DNA of 63,838 nt, filler included, from Octopus bimaculoides (GCF_001194135.2; 6 parts of 6 records of this genome joined end to end with filler, not necessarily neighbours in it); one strand, 5' to 3'; counted from the whole stretch's first letter, positions 1-12,169 are shown. Notes: generated by a model from the sequence alone, not told the origin. Numbers and translations are program-made.

Positions 1-308
1 AATAATAGGGGGCTGAGGACGGAACCTTGGTGGACCCCTACCTCTACCCGGAATTCATTGCTGTACTCATTTCCAACCCTCACCTTACTGGCCGCATCTC
101 TGTACATGGCTCGCACAGCTCTCACTAGCCATTCTTCTATCCCAAGTTTCCTCATTGACCACCAGATAAGGGATCGGGGGACCCTGTCAAAGGCTTTCTC
201 CATGTCAACGAAAGCCAGGTACAGAGGTTTATCCTTGGCTAGGTATTTCTCTTGCAACTGTCTCACTAGAAATAAGGCATCAGTAGTGCTTTTACCTGGC
301 ACGAACCC
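1..308 (-). mobile_element. RTE-clade LINE reverse transcriptase fragment, 5'-truncated, runs off the window edge
   Basis: Manual translation from 308 gives 102 stop-free codons: GFVPGKSTTDALFLVRQLQEKY...LAFVDMEKAFDRVPR...GVHQGSVLSPLL, typical non-LTR RT motifs. Absent from the ORF track. Confidence 0.9.
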
Positions 309-460
309 ATATATATATATATATATATTTTTTTTCATCATCATATGCCTGTTTTCCATGGTGGCATGGATTGTTTGATAAGAGCTGGCCAGGCTCCATA
401 TCTGTTTTGGCATAGTTTCTTCAGCTGGATGCCCTTCCTAACAACCATTTTACAGATATA

Positions 461-491
<31 letters not shown>

Positions 492-827
492 TGTATTCAC
501 TGTTGTAGCCTCTCTCAACATATATGACCTGTTGAACTGAATGAAACCGTAGTCGTGGTCAATGTCAGTGCCGTCTGACTGGCACCCTTGCGTTTGTACG
601 AACATGCGCGCGCGTGTCTGTCCCTCCTTTATTACATGACAAGAAAAATCTGCCTCAACAAATCCTGTCTAACTGATGCAAGGATGGAAGAGTGGACATT
701 GAGTGAAGATAGAGGTTAATAAAGAATCTGAATTGCTTTGACTTGGAATTTCAGAAACAGCCATCAGAGAGTGAAAATGTATCATTTGTCAATTTCTGCT
801 TTGGAATCACTGGTTTCTTTTTTAGTT

Positions 828-1249
828 TTAACCCTTTAGCATTTAAACTGGTCAGATTTGTCCCCGCACACCTACCCTACAATGTAATTCTAAAAATAAA
901 GTCACTTCATTCGTTTCTTCTCTAGGCACAAGGCCTGAATGTTTTTTTTTCTGGGTGGGGTGACCAGTCAATTAGATCAACCCCAGTACGCAACTGGTAC
1001 TTAATTTATCGACCCTGAAAGGATGAACAGCAAAGTTGACCGCGGTGAAATTTGAACTCAGAACGTTGCGACAGACGAAATACCGCTAAGCATTTCACCC
1101 GGCGTGCTAACGTTTCTGCCAGCTCGCCGCCTTGATAAAGTCACTTCATTGAAGTCTCAAAACTACAAGATAATGCATGATTGATAGAAAACAATATGAA
1201 TAGATAAACATTACATTTGTGTGAATAGTCTGAATGCTTAAAAGGTTAA
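828..1249. mobile_element. TTAA-flanked piggyBac-like MITE with a nested SINE
   Basis: Termini TTAACCCTTTAGCA...TGCTTAAAAGGTTAA; same family as 1439-2448 and 7961-8398. Confidence 0.7.
912..1135 (-). mobile_element. tRNA-derived SINE (family A) with 15-bp TSD
   Basis: Exact direct repeat TAAAGTCACTTCATT at 897-911 and 1136-1150; head AAGGCGGCGAGCTGGCAGAA...GAGTTCAAATT on the - strand; related copies near 9500, 19370, 19575, 41125, 41440, 46305, 48960. Confidence 0.8.
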
Positions 1250-1476
1250 GCATAGATTTGTCAGACTCTTTCATTGTTTTTTGCCAGTGTTTAATACTTT
1301 TTTCATGCACTTGTTTACTGTAACTGCATTAAAAAGTAGAAGTCTTGATCTAATTTTTCTGATGTAGGAAAGATTGTTTTATTCTCTTTTAGACTTACTG
1401 TCTGTGGTGGAGGGCATACATACCAACCGTCACAACATTTAACCCTTTAGCAATCAGATTATTCTGTTAAATGTAA

Positions 1477-1826
1477 AAAAAAAAGGGGTAAAGACTCCCT
1501 TCAGTCATGACTGACCATGGGATTGCACCTAGAAAGTTACCCACCAAGGCACAACTCCGGGCAAGGTTATTTATAGAAGACCAGCAGTCGCCCATGGATA
1601 CTAGCCTACCCTCTACACGCCACTGATGTTGTCTAAGGGGAACGCAAAGGCCGATACGGCTTGGCACCACTGACGTCGCAACACATTTCTACATTGAGTG
1701 AACTGGAGTAACGTGAAATAAAGTGTCTTGCTCAAGAACACAACACACAGCCCAGTCCGGAAATTGAACTCACTACCTCATGGTTGTGAGCCGACAATCT
1801 AACCACCGAGCTATGTGCCTTCCGCA
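1477..1826 (-). mobile_element. tRNA-headed SINE (family D) with about 13-bp TSD
   Basis: CTGTTAAATGTAA (1464-1476) vs CTGTAAAATGTAA (1827-1839); A/B-box-like head at the right end on the - strand; a related head occurs near 18000-18180. Confidence 0.65.
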
Positions 1827-2161
1827 CTGTAAAATGTAATGCTTATTTATTCACATTGGTTTGAATTTATCATGCGTTATCTTGTAACTTTGAGATTTCG
1901 ATGTCATGACTGTTTATTTTTTTAGAATGATATTGCAGGGTAGGTGTGAAAAGCCAGACCTGGCCAATTTGAACATAAGCTCAGGTAGAATATTTGAGTT
2001 CTATATTTAGAGATGAGGAATTACTTACATTATTTACATTTGACAGATATTTGTCCTCATCTTGTTTGTTGTTAACATGTTTCAGTGGATATACCCTCCA
2101 GCCTTCATCAGGTGTCTTGGGGAAATTCATAAGCCCTAAAATTCACTCCATAATTGTCCAC

Positions 2162-2234
2162 GGTCATATGGCATAGTGGTTAAGAGCGTGGGCTACTAAT
2201 GCCAAGATTCCGAGTTCGATCCCAGGCAGTGACC
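2162..2234 (+). other. tRNA-like SINE head (Pol III internal promoter), not a functional tRNA
   Basis: A-box TGGCATAGTGG 2169-2179, B-box GAGTTCGATCC 2212-2222, acceptor-like ends GGTCA/TGACC; anticodon stem broken. Confidence 0.75.
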
Positions 2235-2309
2235 TGGATAATAATAATAATAATAACAACATAAAAAAAATACCTTAGGAATGAGAACCCAAGTTCGAAA
2301 TTTCCCCAA

Positions 2310-2352
2310 GACACCTGATGAAGGCTGGAGGGTATATCAGCCGAAACGTGTT
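2310..2352 (+). ncRNA. Minimal type I hammerhead-ribozyme-like motif (this copy probably degenerate)
   Basis: GACAC-CTGATGA-A-GGCTG(10-nt loop)CAGCC-GAAA-CGTGTT. Core and 5-bp stem II intact; appears 3 nt shorter around the cleavage site than the copy at 63475-63487. Confidence 0.6.
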
Positions 2353-3384
2353 AACAACAAACAAGATGAGGACAAATATCCGTCAATTGCAAATAATGTA
2401 GTAGAATATTTGAGTTGGATATGGCCAGTTTAAATGCTGAAGGGTTAAAGCATCCATCTTTATGACATTTAGATATTTTGAACTGTAATCTGATTGGACT
2501 ATTACTTGATATACCTTATTGAGTAAAGAAAAATGATAACCTGAGGAAAACAATGGTTTTTTTAGAGTTTTAATAATAAATAAAAGCTAATTAAAAATTA
2601 ATTTTAACATTCACATATGTGTGTATTTATGGCTTTATCCAAGCCATGGTACTTCGAATAAGCTAGAGAGATGGTACATTAGGCTTGTTAAGGGCAAGAC
2701 AACTTCTCTTGTACAGCTTTCAATGATTGTCCTGACAAAATTACATCTGTATAGCAAGTGGATGCAATCTGAATTCTGATTGTGAGTCACTCGCCTGCAA
2801 CACAGAATTGGGCCCCACATTGGGCATACTTTTCTTTTCCTTTCAAGTTTACTATTGGTTGATGTCCTTTCTATATGGACAGTACATCTCACTGGTCCCT
2901 AAGTTTGACGTGTGGAGTCAAGCAGAAGAAATTAAAACAAGGGTTCGTATGAGGAAGGGCATCTGACCACAGAAGACTCCCTCGAGAAGTTTCTTCTACC
3001 ATATTAGCATATATATATATTAAAAAAAAAAAGACATTGAAATGGCATGCACATACACACACAGTTAACATCATCATTTAACGTGCTGGCATGGGTTAGA
3101 TGCTTTGACAGGAACTGGCAAGTCAGAAAACTACCTCAAGCTCTATCGTCAGCTTTAACATGGTTTCTGTAGTTGGATGTCCTTCCTAATGCCAACCACT
3201 TCGGTGCTTTTTATGTAGAACTATGTGTGTGTGTACATCACACACACACAATATGTATCATACTTAATGTATATGCACTGTTGATAGGCCAATTACTCTG
3301 GTATTTGTCCTGAGATAACATCTCTTATTACACACATGTACATGTGAGTGTATATGTACAATGATGATTTTATGCATGTGTCTG

Positions 3385-3420
<36 letters not shown>

Positions 3421-3467
3421 TACATACATACATACATACATCTCCATCCATCTGTGTGTGTTATGTT

Positions 3468-3511
<44 letters not shown>

Positions 3512-5204
3512 GGAGTAAATATATATGATCCATACCAGAGTGTGTAGTCATGTGGGGTGGGGTAGATGGGATGTATGTGTATGTTCTTGTGTGTGTGTGT
3601 ATATTTGTGTTTACACGTGCATCTTTTTGCATATATTTACACATGTATCTATGCATTCATGAACATATATATTTGTACACATATTCACGCACTCGTATAA
3701 TACTTACACACGTACATATATTGGAGAATATACATCAGTTTTTATTTAAGCCTGACAAGTAACACTGCATTTGAAATCATTCTAATTGATAAAGGAAACC
3801 ATAGCCTGCTGGAAAATCACTTTTAGATAATTAAAATCATTACTTAATTAAACGTTATAATTTCTCCATATGCTACGGATGTTTTTTTTTTTCTCTCTCC
3901 TTGTTTTTGTTTTTTATTTGCCCTTTGTGTATATTCCACAGCTATGTTCCAGGAAGCTTTGTAAATATTTAATATCTTTGTACACTGAATATTGTTTATT
4001 GTCTGTTGTGGAGTTTGGAATCATCTAAGTCACACACACAACAAGCAGGCAAGCCGTTTATTTGTGTTGCTCGTCTTTCCTCTAAATCTACTGAATTTGT
4101 CAATCTTATTGTTCACACACTCTCACCTCTCTCTCTAGCCTTGTCCTACATTTTTCTCTGTTGGCTTCAGTTTGCCATTATAACCAGTGACAAAGGCATT
4201 TCTTAGGTGTTAACTTAATCTCCCTTCTCCCATAAAATTTTTTTTCTTTTTATTTCCTTCCCTTCCGCTTACAATGATAGGGGCAGACAGTTCTCCAGAT
4301 CCACTCTGTGTCTGTCAGCCAAGCACTTCACACTTAATTCTATTTCGGAGAAGAGTTCTAATTAGATTAATGCTTTACTCAATATTTTCTTTATACCTTA
4401 TATGAATATTATTCATTCATGGGACTTTTCTGTTTAAAGCAATCCTTAAAAAACAAACAAAAAAAAACAGTTGCAATACATCCTTGATTAGAATTAGAAC
4501 TCTTGTAGTAGGGATTACTTATTCCTTGAATGAACAAGCAATTCTTTCTTTGATGTCATTAAAGTCTTTTCCCATTTTTTCTTTGTTAAACTTCCATATT
4601 GCTTGCTAGTCTTGCTGGTTAAGGTTGGTTTTTTCCCTTGGACTTATTTGTTTATCCCAGTGTTTAGAAACTTGGATATTGAAGGTTTTAAATAAAATTC
4701 TAAGTGTAACCCTTGCAATCCGTTTTTTTACGTGGTATTCGGATCTCGAGAATCATATACAAGTAGATGAGAAAACACATCCTTGTACCTGCATGTGTAT
4801 TTTTGTATGTATACACAAGCGTTATGTGTGTCTGTGTGTATTGGGAAGCTCGGATATTCTCTGATACAAATAATTATAAATGCTTGTGATGGTTCAGATG
4901 TTTAATTAAAATCTAATTCATTTTCAATTATAATGCTGTTTTCGTCACAAAATAAAAACAACAAAAAAAAATCTAATAAATGAATCATCTCACTGCACTT
5001 TGTAAATGGAATGAATAGTAGATGCATTGGCACCAGACTTTGCAGCCCACAGCAGTAAAGCTTCCACCGTTAGGTTATTTTCTTGATCATCTTTACATGT
5101 TCCTGTAGAGAATACACTCATCTGCATTGTTTATTAGGACCAGTTGCCTTTGGATGTTTTCTGCTCACTCATCCCATGTTGGCGAGTCTGAGAGTATGTA
5201 AATC

Positions 5205-5590
5205 CATAGCAAAAATACATAGCTTCATAACACGAGTGGCCGATGACGGTACCGCCTGATTGGCACTTGTGCCAGTGGAACGTTAAACACACGTCCGATT
5301 GTGATCATTGCCAGGGTCACAGATTGGCTCCCGTGCAGGTAGCACGTAAAAAAACACCTTTTGAGCATGGTCGTTGCTAGAACCACCTGACTGGCCCTTG
5401 TTGTGCTGGTGTCACGTAAAAGCACCCCCTACACACTCGGAGTGGTTAGCATTAGGAAGGGCATCCAGCTGTAGAAACTTTGCCAGATCAGATTGGAGCC
5501 TGGTGTAGCCTCTGGCTCACCAGTCATCAGTCAAACCGTCCAACCCATGCCAGCATGGAAAGCGGACATTAAATGATGATGATGATGATG
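5205..5590 (+). mobile_element. SINE/non-autonomous element with (GAT)n tail (family C, RTE-like 3' end)
   Basis: Ends TTAGGAAGGGCATCCAGCTGTAGAAA...CATGGAAAGCGGACATTAAATGATGATGATG; further copies near 535, 3070, 11770, 17400, 17800, 20515. The RTE link is inference. Confidence 0.7.
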
Positions 5591-5879
5591 ATAGTCCTTG
5601 TACCTGTGCAGCTGAGCATTATGGGTAGCTGCTGGGGTGCATGTTTGCAGTACAACCAGTATCTTTGACAAATTGCGAATGAATCGGTAATAAACAAGGC
5701 TACATGTACTAATTATTAATTAAAACTTGTTCTGAATTGTTACACTGACCATTCATTGCTGTTCCAATTAAAAATTTGTGAATTATCAATGCACACACCC
5801 ACATACTCAAAAGACATGTTGCTTTCTCTGAATGACATGCAGTAAATGGAACTGAATATTATTTGATATGGAATCATCA

Positions 5880-6320
5880 TTGTCGTCATCAATTAATGCC
5901 TGTTTTCTGTGCTGGCATGGGTTGGACGGTTTGACTGAAGACTGGCAAGCTGGGAGGCTGGACTAGGCTCCAATCTGATTTGGCATGATTTCTACGGCTG
6001 GATGCCCTTTCTAATGCCGACCACTCCGAGAGTGTAGTGAGCGCTGTTTATGTGTTGCTGGCACAGGTGCCAGTTGAGTAACACAAGCATTGGCCACAAC
6101 TACGATCTCACTTGGCTTGACAGGTCTTCTCAAGCACCGTATATCGCCAAAGGTCTTGGTCACTTGTTACTGCCTCGGTCAAGCCCAACGTTTGAAGGGT
6201 GCTTTTTACATGCCATTCGCATAGGTGTCAGTTATGTGATGCTGGCATCGGCCACAACTATGATTTCACTTGGCTTGATAAGTCTTCTGATACATGACAT
6301 ATTGCCCAACATTCGAAGGA
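5880..6320 (-). mobile_element. Family C element, opposite orientation
   Basis: Reverse-complement similarity to 5205-5590 (CATCATC...GGATGCCCTTTCTAATGCC). Confidence 0.65.
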
Positions 6321-6429
6321 TGCTCAAACTAATGTTTGTGAAATGACATAAAGAAAATCCATTCATTAGGCAGGACCATGCCTTGAAGAATTTTGAGTCA
6401 AATGAATTTTTAATAAAAAAAACCTGGTA

Positions 6430-6690
6430 CTTATTTGGTTGGTCTCATTTGCTGAACTGCTAAGTTACGAGGACGTAAACACACCAACACTGGTTGTCAA
6501 GTGGTGTTGTGGGACAAACACAGACACAAAGACACACACATATATATATATACATATGATGGGCTTCTTTCAGTCCACTCTCAATGCTTTGGTTGGCCCG
6601 AGGCTATAGTAGAAGACACTTGCTCTACACAATGGAACTGGACTTGGAACCATGTGGTTGGGAAGCGACCTTCTTATCATACAGCCACGC
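6430..6690 (-). mobile_element. tRNA-derived SINE with internal CA/TA microsatellite (family B)
   Basis: Shares GCTATAGTAGAAGACACTTG and GGAACCATGTGGTTG with the near-complete copy at 61309-61758; another partial copy at about 7230-7490. Confidence 0.65.
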
Positions 6691-7960
6691 TTGTATTTTC
6701 AACACAGTATGTCCATAAGGGAGGTTATTTTGGGAGAATTACAGCAGTAACTGGCCTATCAATACATTAAGCATGATACATAGAAGCTATTTTAATTTAA
6801 TGTTGCCTCAGTTGTGTATTTGGGATCTACGACCAGAATTTAAAATTTAGTTACTGATCTGCTTTGCCAGACGCGTATTTTCTCCTCTATTCTTGTCACC
6901 ACTTGTGTGATATGATTTAAAAGCAAATAAAATTAGTTGTAAACTTACTACTCCTCCTTCGACACTTCTTGTTTATTGCTGACTTAAGATTACATGTAAC
7001 ATATTGGATTACACTGTTATCAGTATTGATAAATATATTTGCATTGTAAATATTACATTACACTGTAAGCACACACAACTATGCTGCCAACAGCTTGTAC
7101 AACTTGCTTTTCAAATGAGTTCTTGTAATGTCCGCTCATTAAGTGATTCCAGAAGTTGGAAATATTTTTTAGGATTTTTCTTTTTTATTTGCAATTTAAA
7201 ATTGATTGGAAAGTTGTATTTTTTTTTTAACTTTCTTTCTTCTTACTTGTTTCAGTCATTGGACTGTGGCCATGCTGGGGCAGTGCTTTGAAGAATTTTT
7301 AGTTGAATGAATTGACCCCGGGACTTATTTTTTTCTCAGTCGAGCCTAGTACTTATTCTATTGATGTCTTTTGTTGCACTGATAAGTTTTGGGGATGTAA
7401 ACACAGTTGTCTAGTACTGGTGGTGGACAAGCACTGACATACACACAGATTATGGGCTTCTTTCAGTTTCCGTCTACCAAATTGGGGAACCTACAGGAAA
7501 ATAATTTAAACATAAAAAAGAACTGGTAATGTTAGCATCATGATAGGTAGAGGTTAGAAATGCTTATCTATCATTAATTAAAGGCAGTTCTATCATTATT
7601 TCCAGTTAAATATTTATAATATTCGTTGCAAATGGCAGCATCCTAAGCCTAGGCTGAATATCTCACTAGAAATTTGGTAATAGAAAATTTCAAGTGACTT
7701 TCCTACTTTTCACATAACTGTTTTATTACCAACTGTATTGTGCTAGTAATGATAAAGAACCATAGATTTAAAATAGTTATTCAGCTCCCTGGTTATCAAT
7801 AGAACCTGTTGTGGATGGAATTTTAAACTGGTGGCTTGAATTATCAAACTTGCTTTTTAAATTGTAAGTGTAAGCGATAAAGTGCTTTACTGCTCAGCTG
7901 TTATATGAACGTTATTACGATTATAAGGACATGTTTTATATTTTGTTTTTACATCCAAGT

Positions 7961-8398
7961 TTAACTCTTTAGCATTTAAACCTTTCGTTACCAACCCAAC
8001 TGAAACTGGCTCTGGTTCTTTGTACTCAGAATTTAGTAAAATAACTTAGTTATTATTCAGCTAGTGTTAGGAACATAAATTGAGACTAAGGTTTGGTGGA
8101 AGATTTTAATTCAAAACTTTTACTAAATTCTTTGTTATATTTAAAGTAATTGAAAGAAACACAGAGCATCTCAAAATAAATAGAGTAACGAAAGGGTTAA
8201 ACTGGCCACATCCGACCCAAATATTCTACTTGTTTTGTGTTTAAGGTAGCCAGATCTGGCTTCTCACACTTACTTTACAATGTCATTCTTAAAAAAATAA
8301 ATAGTCATGCCATTGAAATGTCAAAGCTATGAGATAATGCATGATTAATTAAAACAAGGTAAATGAATGCACATGAAGTCTGAATGCTAAAAGATTAA
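7961..8398. mobile_element. piggyBac-like MITE with a second MITE family (7980-8196) inserted at its internal TTAA
   Basis: Outer TTAACTCTTTAGCA...TGCTAAAAGATTAA; inner ACCTTTCGTTAC...GTAACGAAAGGG flanked by TTAA at 7976-7979 and 8197-8200. Confidence 0.7.
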
Positions 8399-9285
8399 AA
8401 CTTGTTCAAGATATTAAGCATGTTTTCAGCCAAACATCATTGTTTAATATCCACTTTTCCATTCCAACATGGGTCACATGGATTATCATGTGGCAGATTT
8501 TCTTTGGTCGGATACCAACTTATTTCTAAGTATTAAATTGTATTTTCCATTTGACGACACTTGTGGTAGAGTGTAGTTTGAAGAAAATTTGGTTGCTATT
8601 TCTAGCATGTTGAATGACTACTTAATCGTTCCTTCATTGAACTGTGGTTGCTAAGTCTTCTAGAGGTTCTCATTGTGGCTGTTAGGCTTTAGGAGGTGGT
8701 TCTGTAACATAATTAACATACTAAATTTTACTTATAGTAGTAATTATATCATACACGATAAAACTAGTAATGGTTATTAAAATAAAATGAGATCTCATTA
8801 GGCATCAGGAAGTCATTAACTTTCAATGTATTAAGTAAATTTACAACTTTTGTCTTCATTAATTTTTTCATGATTTCACTGTTAAAAGCTTATACAATCC
8901 ATTTTTAGAGTAAAATTCACAAAATTATCCTCCATGTTCAGTTAGTTTAGTTGTGATACCTCCTCATTCACCACTTAGGTGGGCGCTGGGCATAACAACT
9001 ACCAAAAACTGGGGCATAAGAATTACTTAAAAAGTGAGGTGCTACGAAAAAGGTTACGGACCATTGCTGTAAACAATAGTTTGACAAGTTTAAAAGGTGT
9101 GGCTTCAAATTTTTAATGTCTCTAGTGTGAAGGTAGATTAAAACAAAAATGTCGTCATTGTGAGTTATTTTGTACATTTTGATATATTGTTTTGACTTTT
9201 GTTATGAATAATTAAGAAATAAGGTGTAAATTGATGAAATCATTTGGTTGATTAATTTTTTTTTGTTCTTGTTCTTGATTCTCAG

Positions 9286-9462
9286 ACCCTCTTTAACAAT
9301 GTTAAAGAGAATGACAAGCAGAAGAAAGCCAGCGGGGATATTGGTTCCACTAAGACCAATAAGAAATTATCAGTTGAGAGGATTTACCAGAAGAAAAGTC
9401 AGTTGGAGCACATCTTGTTGCGACCTGACACATATATTGGATCAGTTCAACTTCACACTCAG
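9286..9462 (+). CDS. TOP2: DNA topoisomerase II, first recognisable coding exon (177 nt)
   Basis: ctcag|...|gtaagt; TLFNNVKE...KKLSVERIYQKKSQLEHILLRPDTYIGSVQLHTQ. Confidence 0.95.
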
Positions 9463-9923
9463 GTAAGTCATTTTGTTATATTCAATAAAATGTCTGTTTA
9501 GAAGCTGGCAGAAACGTTAGCATGCCAAGTGAAATGCGTAGTGGTATTTCATCTGTCTTTATGTTCTGAGTTCAAATTCCGCCAATGTTATGGGACTGTC
9601 ACATTAAGTTGACAACATGCTATATAAAATGTACTTTTGTTTTTTCTTTAAATGCCTCAAAAATTCACTTTGGGTTCTACATGTCAAGTCTGGCCTTTAC
9701 CACATATTTAAATACACTAAAAACTCTTTCCTTTATATACACTGCTGAAATTGCTGTGTCTAACATACCTGTGCCCCTTTTATGCTATTGAGTATGGTAA
9801 TTTCAATTATTTATGTGGGTATTGATAGAATTATTTTGTTAATTATATTTTGACTATAGCAGATAATTTTGTAAGAATTTAATATTTTTTTAATGCAATT
9901 CTGCTTTTCCTCCTCCTCCTCAG

Positions 9924-10017
9924 CAAATGTGGGTGATCGATGAGGACCTCTCAACAATGGTACAACGAGAAATTTCCTATGTTCCTGGTCTCTATAAAAT
10001 ATTTGATGAAATTCTTG
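9924..10017 (+). CDS. TOP2: DNA topoisomerase II exon (94 nt)
   Basis: cag|...|gtgagt; QMWVIDEDLSTMVQREISYVPGLYKIFDEIL(V). Confidence 0.97.
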
Positions 10018-10743
10018 GTGAGTATTTTGATTTGATCCCTATTACTTTATTTATTCCTTGCTAATATGGTAATAATTGGAGGAAAGAAAAATTATACTTT
10101 GTATGTATGACCCTGTGTGTGTTTGTATGTAATACAGATTGTTTGTCAAATTTCCTATCACATGAACTGGTTTATCTTATAGTCCTTGGGGTGCCCTTAA
10201 GAGAAACCACCCTGTCACAGATCTCTTGTTTGTGAATAATGTTTCTCTCAATGTGCTCTTTCCAACTGTACTTTTGCTTTATATAGTGCCACTGTTTTTG
10301 GAAATGTTTTCCTTTGAGAGAACTTAGTGGGTGACTGAAAACAGAGATACCCCTTGCATATAACTGACAGAACCCAAAGCCTCAGACCTCCGAGTGCTTT
10401 ATTCATTCATATCCACTATAGTAATATCATGCCCATGACCCTTTTTAGTGCCTTTGAAACTTGTGGTAGGTAGAAAGGAAGTCATCCTGATGCTGAAGAC
10501 TTGACTTAAGTACTTGCAATACAGTAGCCTTTGTGAAATGCTGTCCTTGCAGTTGATGTAATCGACTTACCTCACCCCGGAAATTACTGGCCTTGTGCCA
10601 AAATTTGAAACCAGTTTTTACTCTCCCTGCTATGTTTTTCTGTTACTTGTTTTAAATTATTCAGTTTGGATTATTATTATTGTTAATTATCTCTTTCATT
10701 AATTATTATTAATTACATCTTTCATTCCCTTTTTCTTTTCTAG

Positions 10744-10807
10744 TAAATGCAGCAGACAACAAACAACGAGATCCCAAAATGAACACCATCAAGATTGATA
10801 TTGATTC
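10744..10807 (+). CDS. TOP2: DNA topoisomerase II exon (64 nt)
   Basis: tag|...|gtaagt; (V)NAADNKQRDPKMNTIKIDID(S); GHKL ATPase N-box. Confidence 0.97.
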
Positions 10808-11769
10808 GTAAGTTTGAGATGCAATCATTTCAGATTCTTTTTCTTTCTCCTCATGCTCGAAGTTACATTTAAACAACTGTGCATGTCACAGTTGTATAAG
10901 CATGGCTCTGTGGTTAAGTAGCTCTCTTTGCGACCACATGGTCTTGGGTTCAGTCTCAGTGTGTGGAACCTTGAGTAAGTGTCTACTACTATAGCTCTGG
11001 ACTACAACCAATCCCTTGCAAATGAATTTGGTAGATGGAAACTGTGTGGAAGCCTGTGGTGCGTGTGTGTGTGTATATGTATATGTGTATATATATANNN
11101 NNNNNNNNNNNNNNNNNNNNNNNNNNNNNNNNNNNNNNNNNNNNNNNNNNNNNNNNNNNNNNNNNNNNNNNNNNNNNNNNNNNNNNNNNNNNNNNNNNNN
11201 NNNNNNNNNNNNNNNNNNNNNNNNNNNNNNNNNNNNNNNNNNNNNNNNNNNNNNNNNNNNNNNNNNNNNNNNNNNNNNNNNNNNNNNNNNNNNNNNNNNN
11301 NNNNNNNNNNNNNNNNNNNNNNNNNNNNNNNNNNNNNNNNNNNNNNNNNNNNNNNNNNNNNNNNNNNNNNNNNNNNNNNNNNNNNNNNNNNNNNNNNNNN
11401 NNNNNNNNNNNNNNNNNNNNNNNNNNNNNNNNNNNNNNNNNNNNNNNNNNNNNNNNNNNNNNNNNNNNNNNNNNNNNNNNNNNNNNNNNNNNNNNNNNNN
11501 NNNNNNNNNNNNNNNNNNNNNNNNNNNNNNNNNNNNNNNNNNNNNNNNNNNNNNNNNNNNNNNNNNNNNNNNNNNNNNNNNNNNNNNNNNNNNNNNNNNN
11601 NNNNNNNNNNNNNNNNNNNNNNNNNNNNNNNNNNNNNNNNNNNNNNNNNNNNNNNNNNNNNNNNNNNNNNNNNNNNNNNNNNNNNNNNNNNNNNNNNNNN
11701 NNNNNNNNNNNNNNNNNNNNNNNNNNNNNNNNNNNNNNNNNNNNNNNNNNNATATATAGATAGATAGAT

Positions 11770-12066
11770 AGATATAGAAGACCCAGCAAGCCAAGTGAGG
11801 TCGTTGCCAGTGCCCCTGGACTGGCTCTTGTGCGGGTGGCACATAAAAGACACCATTTCGAGCGTGGCCGTTTTCGTGCGGGTGACACGTAAAAGCACCC
11901 ACTACACTCTCTGACTGGTTGGCGTTAGGAAGGGCATCCAGCTGTAGAAACTCTGCCAAATTAGATTGGAGCCTGGTGTAGCCATCCGGTTGCACCAGTC
12001 CTCAGTCAAATCGTCCAACCCATGCTAGCATGGAAAGCAGACGTTAAACGATGATGATGATGATGA
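11770..12066 (+). mobile_element. Family C element in TOP2 intron
   Basis: Same 3' end and (GAT)n tail as 5205-5590. Confidence 0.7.
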
Positions 12067-12169
12067 TAGATATATATATATATAAAGCACGCTTTATTTG
12101 TGATCAGAGGTGTTTGAAAACTGAGGTACTACTGTATTAAATGAATATGAGAAAGACAAGGAGGAGATA

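Larger units (their letters stand above)
2001..2400 (+). mobile_element. Composite SINE-like element: inverted 3' copy + tRNA head + (AAT)n + hammerhead-like tail
   Basis: Exact 16-nt direct repeat GTAGAATATTTGAGTT at 1985-2000 and 2401-2416; arms 2026-2127 and 2299-2400 are inverted copies of each other. Confidence 0.75.
1439..2448. mobile_element. TTAA-flanked piggyBac-like MITE interrupted by two retroelement insertions
   Basis: Termini TTAACCCTTTAGCA...TGCTGAAGGGTTAA; removing 1477-1826 and 2001-2400 plus one TSD each restores a MITE like 828-1249 in the opposite orientation. Confidence 0.7.

Noticed and set aside
2162-2234. Possible tRNA gene (loop CTACTAA)
   Set aside because: Anticodon stem is broken and it lies inside a TSD-flanked repeat; treated as a SINE head.
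309-9285. Search for TOP2 exon 1 and promoter
   Set aside because: No convincing ATG-donor pair or promoter; candidates such as MHWHQTLQPTA near 5025 have no support.
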